Below are positions 1-10,200 of a stretch of 64,000 bases of DNA, piece after piece (within the stretch, counting starts at the first letter, position 1; each line of letters starts with the position of its first letter). The DNA is taken from assembly GCA_044892505.1 (NCBI GenBank), contig CM097882.1:547584001-547648000 (forward strand), read 5' to 3'. The DNA comes from Schmidtea nova (taxonomy: Eukaryota). The notes beneath the pieces are model-generated. The model saw only the letters and a list, made by a program, of their open reading frames with translations. It was not told where the DNA came from and made no database searches. Made by a program: the position numbers and the translations under genes.

Positions 1-170
1 CTTTTTAATGTCTTTGTTTATGTTGCACATGTGTTGCAATGTCTTTGTTTAGTTTGCATGTGTATTGCAATGTCTTTGTTCATGTTGCACGCGTGTTGCA
101 AAGTCCTTGCATGTGTGTTGCAATGTCTTTGTTAACTTGCACGCATGTTGCAAAGTCTTTGTTTAGTTTG
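1..170. repeat. Degenerate tandem repeat (~30-35 bp unit, TGTTGCAATGTCTTTGTTTAGTTTGCA-like)
   Basis: Core tgcaatgtctttgtt or close variants recur about 5 times; a further partial copy is at ~316-345. Confidence 0.8.
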
Positions 171-424
171 AAAGATAATAATAATAATAAAAAACATTAG
201 TAGCAGAACATTGCGATCAGAACCCTGGAAGCAGAACCTCTTCTGTGATGGTTTTAAAGTGCAAAAGCTTCATACTTGACAAATAATAATTAATTAAACA
301 TGCACACATATAAAAATGTCTTTGTTTAGTTTGCACACCTGTTGTAAATATTTTTGATGACTCTAATTTTGTCTTTTAAAAAAAATTGACTAAAAATAAT
401 TTGACTTAAAAAAAAAAAAATTTT

Positions 425-735
425 TGAAAAAAATTTGGCGTGAAAAAAATTTTTGAGAAAAGAATTTTTGAAAAATAAATTTGGCGCGAAAAAAATTTTT
501 GAAAAAAAAATTTGGCGCGAAAAAAATTTTTGAAAAAAAAATTTGGCGCGAAAAAAAAATTTTTGAAAAAAAAATTTGGCGCGAAAAAAATTTTTGAAAA
601 AAAAATTTGGCGCGAAAAAAATTTTTGAAAAAAAAATTTGGCGCAAAAAAAATTTTTTGAAAAAAAAATTTGGCGCGAAAAAAAATTTTTGAAAAAAAAT
701 ATGGCGCGAAAAAAAAAATTTTTGAAAAAAAAAAA
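425..735. repeat. ~31-bp tandem array, 9 units, each centred on TTTGGCGCGAAA (E2F-site-like) between A/T tracts
   Basis: Perfect TTTGGCGCGAAA at 480, 511, 542, 575, 606 and 669; variants at 434, 637 and 700. Confidence 0.85.
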
Positions 736-739
736 AATT

Positions 740-909
740 ATGACTCATCGATGACTCATCGATGACTCATCAAAAAAATAAAAAAAAAGTATGACTCATC
801 GATGACTCATCGATGACTCATCGATGACTCATCAAAAAAAAAATTTCTACCCCCCCCCGGGGGGGAGGGGGGGGTCTATGTTCTTTTTTTCCGCCCACGC
901 ATGAGTCAT
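740..909. promoter_or_regulatory. AP-1/GCN4-like ATGACTCAT array (11-bp period), poly-C/poly-G tract and GC box
   Basis: TGACTCA at 741, 752, 763, 792, 803, 814 and 825; TGAGTCA at 902; C9-G7-A-G8 at 850-874; CCGCCC at 891. Regulatory function is inferred from motif match only. Confidence 0.5.
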
Positions 910-910
910 A

Positions 911-1843
911 ATGTCTTTGTTCCCGGCTCCACACATCTACCTACTTACGAACACTGAACTTAGGGCAGCTTCTTCTACGGCTTTAGATAAAAACTATTAC
1001 AAACTCTTAAATAATAGTCTTTATGGGAAAACGGTTGAAAATCTTAAGAAACAACTCAATTTACGACTATGTAATTCAGAATCAAAACTGATTACATATA
1101 CTTCAAAACCTACCTTTAGAAAAACTTATAGGATTGACGATGATCTAATTTCTGTCTTGCTTAATAAGGACTCTGTGTGTTTAGATAGACCCAGCTACAT
1201 TGGTCAAACTGTACTGGATTTATCAAAACTTAGGATGTACCAGCTGCAGTATGAAGAGTTACAAAAATATCGTAACGAATTCAACTGCGAAATTAACATC
1301 GTTGCTGGTGACACCGATTCTTTCTTCTTGGAGATTAAGAATTGTAAGCTTGATATTCTTTTACCGGCCATGATAAGAGATAACTTACTTGACACTTCTA
1401 ATTATGATCCGAATCACCCATTATACAGTAGGAACCTAGATTCCGTCATTGGTAAATTCAAAGACGAGAATAAAGGATTCAAGTATGATGAGTGGGTATT
1501 CCTTAGGCCAAAGTGTTACAGTCTTTTAGGTGATGAAGAGTGCATTAAGGCTAATGGTATAACATTGAAGGACACTAAACTGAATCATCAGTCGTATCTG
1601 GATTGTTATAATAATAATTCAATAGTTTCTGTTGATCAGTCGAGAATAGTTAGTAAGAATCATCAACTCTTTACTAATAAATATTCGAAAATTGCCTTGA
1701 CTAATCTTGATGATAAAAGACTTTGGGTTGATAAAAATAAAAGTCTTGCATACGGACATTATAAGGGATGTGGCTCGTTTATAGACCAATCAAAAGATCA
1801 GGTTGGTGTTCCAGTTTCAGATCCAGCTCTCAATTCAAATTAA
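911..1843 (+). pseudogene. polB: 5'-truncated family B DNA polymerase (C-terminal part), Polinton/Maverick/adintovirus type
   Basis: Motif B YKLLNNSLYGKTVEN, motif C GDTDS, LRPKCYS, IGKFKDE and LDRPSYIGQTVLDLSK. Homology starts at about NTELR (~950); the exonuclease domain and motif A are absent. Confidence 0.8.
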
Positions 1844-1903
1844 ATATCCAATTCAGATTTGTATTGAATAAAACTTTGTTAAAAAAAAATAATTGGTTTC
1901 ATT

Positions 1904-1907
1904 ATAT
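1904..1907 (+). other. Left target-site duplication ATAT
   Basis: ATAT lies immediately before TGTTG of LTR1 and recurs at 50519-50522 after CAACA of LTR4. Confidence 0.85.
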
Positions 1908-2895
1908 TGTTGAGGATACCTAAATTCAAAATAATATAATAAATAAACAAAATTACTTGGGGGAAAATTGTCATGGGGAATGACACGATGGATTGGAGCC
2001 TGGGAAAGAAAACGGAAGTAAAAAGGAATGAGAAATGAGAAGGGGAAACAAAAGAAAAGAAATCAGACAAGCAAAACGAAATAGAGGTCAGCACTAATTA
2101 ACTAGTGCAAATAGGAAGAAATTCTAAAGTTGGGAAAAACAAAAACAACAACAAGAATTTTATCTTGACAACCGGTCAGAGATAATGTGGGCAAAAAGCA
2201 AACAAGCCGAAGCGGCAAAAAGGAGAAAAACAGAGATTATCTTGACAGCTGTCAAAGATAATTCCGTTGCTGAGAAAATGAATGGAAAATCATGTTGGAG
2301 AAATGTAACAACAGCTGATAATTTCAAGTGCTACAAAGTGAAGAAGTATAAAAGGAGGAAGCACCTAAAAACAAACACAACATTGTATACAGAAGTGGTT
2401 AGAGAAAATATTTGAGAGAAAGCGTTTGAGAAAATAAAGCTAGTAAAATTCATTAAAAAGGAAGCAGAAAAACGTCCAGAGAAAGTTAAAGAAGAGTCAA
2501 AAGGAGAATCCAATAATTGAAACCAGAAACTAAGGGATAAGCAGCAGGAGCTTATTCAAGCGTTTGAGAAAATAAAGCTAGTAAAATTCAGAGAGTAAAT
2601 CCAAGTCAAATAAAGAAAACAACCAGTCAAATTACCAATTGTTATACTCCCCAGCAGTGAGTGATTTCGAACATCGATTATACACTAGTGCTATTCTTCA
2701 CTATAGTGTCGTAATAAGCACTGTATAATCAGCTGTAGTTTGAATTTGGTCAGTTCATTGTAAATCGAAGTTATTTGTGATAATCAATAAAATTTCCTGT
2801 TGTCAGTTGTTATTGTGGGTCAATAAAGAGCACGTTTTGGAGTCAGGGTAATAATTTGTTAATTATAAAGTCACCAACGACCCAATAACCCAACA
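1908..2895 (+). repeat. LTR1 (988 bp; lacks the 60-bp 5' duplication present in the other LTRs)
   Basis: TGTTG...CAACA termini; followed by the PBS; AATAAA motifs at ~2786 and 2822. Confidence 0.93.
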
Positions 2896-2900
2896 TTATT

Positions 2901-2918
2901 TGGTGAGCCCGACGTGAT
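2901..2918 (+). promoter_or_regulatory. Primer-binding site, tRNA-Trp type (also 18760-18777 and 34612-34629)
   Basis: TGGTGAGCCCGACGTGAT differs at one position from the ASLV tRNA-Trp PBS TGGTGACCCCGACGTGAT; it lies 5 nt after the LTR end. Confidence 0.8.
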
Positions 2919-3177
2919 CAAACGTTGGTGAGGAGCGATTGAAAAAGTAATTGGGATATATCCGGCGAAATAAAGTGGTGAAGAATTATTGAAATAAAAT
3001 TTATTGAAGAGATAGTGAAAATAATTGTGAGGAAAAGAAAATACTAAACAAAATTGTGAAAAGGTAAATTATTAATTGTTGTAATAAATTTGAATTTAGA
3101 TTTTGCGAAACTTGAGAAAATAATTTATTAAAGTGAGTCGATATAATTTACGAAGCAAAAGTAAAAAGGAACCCATA

Positions 3178-4270
3178 ATGAGTAGTGAAGATTTGCCAGT
3201 ATCAGTTATTAAAGAAAATAATGATTTTGCAAGTTGTCAAAGATTACCTGTGGAACAATATGGAGGAGATCCGGTTATTTTTGTAGATTTTATGAGTGAT
3301 TACTACATGTATGCAACGGCGTACGGATGGTCTCAAGCGATTATGATTCAGAGATTACCTTTATATCTTAAAGGAGCAGCTAGAGAGGTTTGGCAACAGA
3401 TTGATAAAAAATTAATTGGTAATGATTGGGCAAAGTTGAAAGATGCGTTAGCTGCAAAACTTATCGGAGGAGATATCAAAAGATTAATGCGTCAAAAGTT
3501 TTATAGTAGAGTTCAAAATCCAAATGAAACAGTGAGCGAATTTGCGTATCATTTGTCAACCCTCGCAAGTAAATCATTTGAAGAAGACTCAAAACAACCA
3601 GGCCTAGCCCAACAAATGCAAGAATTAATCCAAGACCAATTTTTGTCAGGAATAAACAAAGAAATAAAAACCGCATTATGCTGTGTAGATTATGATAATT
3701 TTGATGAACTAGTAAAAAAGGCAATGAAAATCGAATTGAATTTGAAGAGCACCAAAAACAAATCTGATGTGTTCGCGATTATTCCAGCTCAAAGGGAAAG
3801 ATCAATTACACCAACCCAAAACAATTGGGAGCCAGAAAATAGATTCCAGCGATCAAAAAGTCCATCACCCAAATGGAGAACCGAGTTAAATATAAATAGA
3901 CCAAGCCGTAATTTCCAAGGCGCTGAGAGATCCAGAGTGATCCAGTGTGAAAATTGCAAGAAGATTGGCCATTATGCAAACCAGTGTTGGTTCAAAAATA
4001 ATTCCGATAGTACACCCAGAAGAATAACCCAAGATTATCGTACAAACGATAGGGGAACCAATTTTCGGAGAACAGTTCCTGATATAAAATCCAATGTTAA
4101 TGAAGTGCAATGTTATCGCTGCGGTAGAAAAGGACATGTTTCCAGAAATTGTTTTTCAAGATCAAGATCACCCTCAACTTCACCTTCACCACAGAGAGAC
4201 AATGTAAATTTGAACGGACAAATTCAATGCCATTTGTGTAGAAATTATGGACATATTGCAAGATCCTGTC
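3178..4270 (+). other. gag: Gag: retrotransposon capsid-like domain plus three CCHC zinc knuckles
   Basis: RLPLYLKGAAREVW and QNPNETVSEFAYHL-type capsid motifs; CX2CX4HX4C at 3946-3987, 4111-4152 and 4228-4269. Confidence 0.9.
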
Positions 4271-7200
4271 CAAGAAATACGAATAAATTTCAAAGGCCAA
4301 TATTAAAGCGAACAATAAGATTTCAAGATGAAAATCCATCGAATGATAATATAGCCTATGTTCAGCAAGATGGTTTTAGAGAAAAGATCGAAAGCGATGT
4401 TAAACAATTGAACCAAAAACTGAATAAATTGATAGCCAAATTTGAATCGGATGAAGAAACAGATACCCACATGATGACGAGGAAAGAGTTGAGCGAAAGC
4501 GAGTCAGAATCAGATAAAGTACAAATCAATAAAGCTAAAGCCGACATACAAAGTGAAAGGAGCACTGTATTTATTGCCAAAATCAGAAAGTTAGTTGCGG
4601 AACCAGACGTAAATTCCCAGAAAATAACAGAATTATTTACGAGGCTAACTAAAATACCTTTAAGTCTGACAAAAATTAAAACTGTTATTAAACTTTGTGC
4701 AGAATGTTATGCAGCAAGTGTGGAAAAACGAGATGTATTCAAAGATTTTATGAGAATATTTGGGCAATATCTACGGAAAAATAAATGGTTAGATCCTATA
4801 TTTATCCAAATGAATGCTCCAGATGGTACAAAATCCAACTATAAAATCGATGCATACGAGAAAGTACGCGAGCTAAAAAGAGAAGTAATGCACAAGTGTG
4901 AAAGTTGGGCGGTGGAACTCAAATTTATGGATCAAGTATTAGAGGATGGCGAATTCTTGGTAGATTATGGATTAATTCCTGGCGGTGAAAATGAAATGCA
5001 AATGACGAATATGATCGCCAAGGAAAAAACAGTAACAAATGACTCTGACGAAATCAGATTTGAACTAATGGAAGCATTGCTTAAAGGAAACACAGGTGAC
5101 ATTATTGATAAATTAAACAATATTTTGAATTTAGAACTCAAAGTAGAAGACAAGTTAAAAATTCTAGACTGTGTTAGACCCTATATGAATGCGGAAAACG
5201 AATATGGTAAAACAATAAAAACTCTTATTCAAAAATTTGGTCAAGAATTCAGGGAAGAAGGGATTTATAATGAGCCATTCGTAGTACTGTTAAAAATAAA
5301 TGGTCAAGGAGTAGAATATACGGATGAACATTGGTATACGAAAGTGAATAAAATTCGTCGAAGAACAGCAGAAATCATGGGCAATGATGGAATAATTGTG
5401 CTAACGTATAAAGGTTTTGAGCTAGACGATGATGAATACTTATTTGATTGTGGATGTATGCCACGAAAGCGTAACGAAGATAGATTTCTTACGGATCAAA
5501 ATTTTATTAATGATATAATTGCAGTGAAACAAGTGGATACAGATGAAGTAGAAAAAGGTTATAAAATTGAATTACCAGAGTTCGGCAGTGAAACAATGGA
5601 TAATGAGGATGAAATATCAGAGGAACAAGAAATGACAGAACATGGAGAGGAACAGGAAACTGAGCAGAGAATTGAGGAAAGTATAATAAAAACGGAAGTT
5701 AAAAATGAAGCGTATATGACAGAAATGGAGATTGATAATATTACGGAGGAAAGACAACGCAAAGATTTATACGAGGTGAGATGTGAAATAATACAGAGAC
5801 TCCAAGGTGAGAGAGGTCAGAAGGAATTAAAAGAGACTGAAAAGGTTGTACGTGCGCTGGCAAATGAATTATATGGCGAAGCAGCAGAGAAAACACAAGT
5901 AGAATTATATGTGAGAAAAATTGCAAAAAAGTTGAAAAAGAGACTTTATGTGGTCTTGAGATATGTAAAAGACAACAAGGAATTCTGTGATGATGGAGTG
6001 ATAACCAATATGATGACAGGAGAAATGGATAGAGATTTAGTATTGACAATTACGAGTTATATTTTGTTAGAAATCGGGACACACGATTATTTAAATATGG
6101 AAAAACGAGATGAAGTAATCAAAAAGGCGAGCAAAGTATTGTATAAGCATGTGGGCAAATGGATAAAGGAAATTGGAGGCTGGGAGAAATTAGTTAAACA
6201 AAAAACAGAATCATCAGTCGAAAAGAGAGAAAGTTACGAAGGAATACCGAGAGGTAAACCTATGAAACTTCCATTTATAATGTTTATGATCATAATATTA
6301 TGTGCGATTACGACGCAAACAACATCTTTAATTGCGTACGATTGTTCTCAAACCAAAATGGGAAAGATTTATTCCATGGTGGACATGACAGAATGTTCTG
6401 ATGCACACCCAATGAGTTTAACAGTTGAAAATGATGTAAAGTATCATGTATACCAAGAATCAGGCTTTAGACATGCGGTAGTAAGAGAGTGCATTGTAAA
6501 GAGAACGAGCTTTGTGTTTTATTGTGGCAAATGGAGTCACACATCACTAATTAAAATGTATTCAATCCCAAGGCCAGTTGATGTAAACCCAGAAAATTGC
6601 ATGGCTGCGTTTCAAACAGGGGAAGTGAAAATTAGCCCCGAGGTTAAATTGAAAGCTAAATTAAATCATGCTATACGAGAAACAATTATCGAAAAAGGAA
6701 CAATAAAGGCTAATGGGGATTGTAAAGGAGAACCGTACAAAATGAATGGAGAAATTATTGATCAAATTGTTGTGATGGAAGAGTATTTGACGGAATTGAG
6801 AGAATTCCAAGGAGCTTTTGATGACGACACAGGCAAGTTACAAACGCATCCATTCTGCAATATGAAGCAGGCTAGCTGTCAAACAGGAGAATCAATTTTG
6901 GTGTACGAAGTTAAGACAAATCTATGTAATTTAATACATTTGAAAACAATGAGTTTTAATGAAATGAGTGGAGAACAGTTGAGAGAAAGACCGGAAAATT
7001 TGAATGTGGAGGCAAAACCGGACATGACAATCAGAATTACCCCATTGAGAACCAGAAAAACTCCAGTTGTTTTGATGTCAACTTTATTAGATGACGGTAT
7101 GAGATTTATTCGAAAAAATGTGGTAAATAAATGTGGTCAAACGGTGTATGAGACCAATTATAAAGGAATTTATGTATCCAAGAAAAGAGTCGAGGAAGCT

Positions 7201-10200
7201 CAAGTCCAAATACATAGTACGGATATCAAATTGACAAATTATTTTAATAACAAAATAGACTATTTGTTCCACTACAGTCAAAGTATTATGGAAAATATTT
7301 ATAGAGAAATGATATTAAACGATTGTAAGTTGAATAAAGAAATACTACGGAACAGAATGGCGATGGCAGTCACAAATCCAAACTTGGTAGCACCTATGTT
7401 AATATCAGAAAACGGTGTGTTTGCAAGAGTATTTGGAGAAGCATTGTATAGCTATAAATGCAACGAGATTCCCGTGCAAATTATAAAGTACGAGCAATGT
7501 ACCAATGAATTGCCAGTAAGTGTTAATGGTAAATTGAGATTCATGGAGCCAATAACTCGAATATTGTTGGAAGAAGACGCGAAACCTAAACTTTTAAAAT
7601 GTAACCGATTGCTCGCACCATTATATCGACTAACATCAGATTCGTGGATATCATTACCAGATCATAAAGGAGTAAGAAATCCAGAAAAATTAGAATTAAC
7701 AAAACTTGAATATTTAATAAATTTTACATCATTGGACAAATTAGCACAAACTGGGTTGTATTCTCAAGAAGATGTTGAAGAAGCCCGAAGAAATCTACTA
7801 TTTCCATCAAAGAAAGAACGAGTCATTACTGAAATGATTGATACTATATTACCAAGTGGTGAAGGCAAAGTAAATTATGATTATTTACTAACACCAGATC
7901 ATTATAAGAAAGCAACGTACAATACGATGAAAAAGATATGGGGGAAATTCATGTTTTTGGGACAAGCATGTGCAGGATTAATTGGAATTTATGTTATGTT
8001 CGTGGTGATTAAAGTGATAATATCTCAAATACTAACTACTCATCAGCTATATGTTATTTCGGGATGGTCCTGGAAACTGATTATCGGATGTATTCCATTT
8101 CTGGCAAGATTTGTAATTACAAAGCATCAATATAAAGAGATGGGGAAAGTCAAGTCACGACTAAATAATGACGGAAGAGACATTGATTCGAGTTCGGACA
8201 GCGAGAGTGGGAATGGGGGTAAAGTAAAAGTACCTCCAATATATTATTATAAAAACAGTAAAATTAAAATTAATGATATACGAGAAAAATCTAAATCTTT
8301 GAATTTATTACAATCGGTACCACAAACAAGTGAAACAGACACATTCAGTCGATTATGCATTCCAAAAACTTTTCTACCAACAGCACCAATATATCCAGTA
8401 GAGAAGTTAAAAGAAATGAGACCAGTTGAAAACATTGAATTGACAAATGAGCAAATCGCACCAACTAGTGCGGAAATTGAAAGGAGAAACATGCTGGGAT
8501 TACCAGGAAATTATGCATTAATGACAATTGGAAACAAAGGAAGACAGCCAAGAATATGGATACAAGTGAATAAACATAGAGTCGAAGCATTAATAGATTC
8601 AGGCTCAAGCAATACAATATTATCAGATAAATTAATCAATTCAGGGGAAAGAGCACGAATGAAAAGCACAGAAGAAGTTGTACGATCAATGACGAAAAAT
8701 AAATTAAATATCATTGGACAGATCAGAGTAAAACTCAATATTGGAAATAAAGAAATTGTTCATAATGCGCTAATAATGAAAGATAGCCCAGTAATGTGTT
8801 TGGTAGAGATGGATGTGTTGGAGCAATTGGAAGGAGTCTCTCTTGATTTGAAAACCGGAAATCTAATTGTAGGAAAAACAGGAAAAGTTATTCATGAAAC
8901 GGGAGATGTGTTTCTAAATCAAACGTTAAGAGTACCACCTCAGAGTGAAGTTATTTGTTATGTGAATACAATGGGAGTTCCAGACGATGAATTTATATTT
9001 CAACCAAGTGAGAATTTAATTGCCAAATATGATACTCCAATATGCGACGAAGTAGTGAAAGTTCAAGATCAATTAATTCCTGTTCGCATCACTAACAATA
9101 GCGACAAAGAAGTGTCATTTAAACCAAAAACGAAATTAGGAAAGCTAACAAAAATCCTAAAAATCAATAATAAAAGATTACCAAAAAATATTAAAATATA
9201 CAAAGAACCCCAAGTTGACAGTGCAGAGTTGACGCAAGAGCAAACACAAACATTTACAAAATTGTTGAGAAAATATCAAGATATTTTTGCGAAACATGAG
9301 TATGATTTGGGAGTAACTCATATAATTGAACATGAAATTCCATTAATTGATGAAACTCCAATTAAATTACGACCATACAGAATTCCGTATGCGCATCAAG
9401 ACGAAAGCGATAGACAAATAAAGGCTATGAAAGAATTCCATATTATTAGAGACAGTTTTTCACCATTTTCTTCCTCTATTGTTGTAGTCAAAAAGAAAGA
9501 CGGTGAACTGAGATTTTGTATTGACTATCGAAAACTGAATCAAGTGACAAGAAAGGATACGTATCCCATTCCGGTTCCTCAGGAAATGTTTGACAAAATG
9601 GGAGAAGCTCAATATTTTACTGTTATTGATTTAAACAAAGGCTACAATCAATTCAAAGTTAAAGAGACAGATAAAGGGAAAACAGCGTTTTCAGATGGAA
9701 AAGGTTTGTATGAATTTAATGTTTTACCATTTGGTTTAACAGGTGCACCAGCGACATTTCAAAGAGGAATGAATTTTGTGCTGCGAGACATTCCACACGC
9801 CTTGGTATATATTGATGATATTATAATCTTCTCAGGTAATTTCGAAGAGCACATGAGAGATGTGGAAACAGTATTTAAACGGCTCAGAGAAGCAAATCTC
9901 AAAATTAAACCATCAAAATGTGAATGGGGAAAGTCAGAGGTAGTGTATGTTGGACATATTATTTCACGAAAAGGTCTACAACCAAATCCAGAAAATGTTA
10001 AGAAAATTAAAGATTATCCAACTCCAAAAAATGTTGATGATATTAGACAATTTCTCGGGTTAGCAAGCTATTATAGAAAATTTATTAGAAACTTTGCACA
10101 TGTTGCTCAACCATTAACGATGCTATTAAAGAAAACCACAAAATTCGTGTGGGGCAAAGCTCAGCAGGATATTTTCGAAATACTCAAACAAAAGTTAATG

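Noticed and set aside
326-748. 140-aa Phe/Lys-rich minus-strand ORF
   Set aside because: Translation of the A/T-tract tandem repeat; no coding signal.
425-835. CRISPR-like array
   Set aside because: Spacers are invariant A/T tracts, there are no cas genes, and the context is eukaryotic.
2185-2415. 76-aa basic ORF inside each LTR
   Set aside because: No recognisable motif, overlaps regulatory palindromes, and its recurrence only reflects LTR identity.
7045-7062. Furin cleavage site in Env (LRTRK)
   Set aside because: P1 is Lys rather than Arg, so it does not fit R-X-K/R-R.
8890-9150. Beta-rich segment after the protease (RVPPQSEV...PVRITN...KLGKL) as a novel domain or active dUTPase
   Set aside because: Similar dUTPase-like linkers are common in Gypsy pol, and catalytic dUTPase motifs are not evident.
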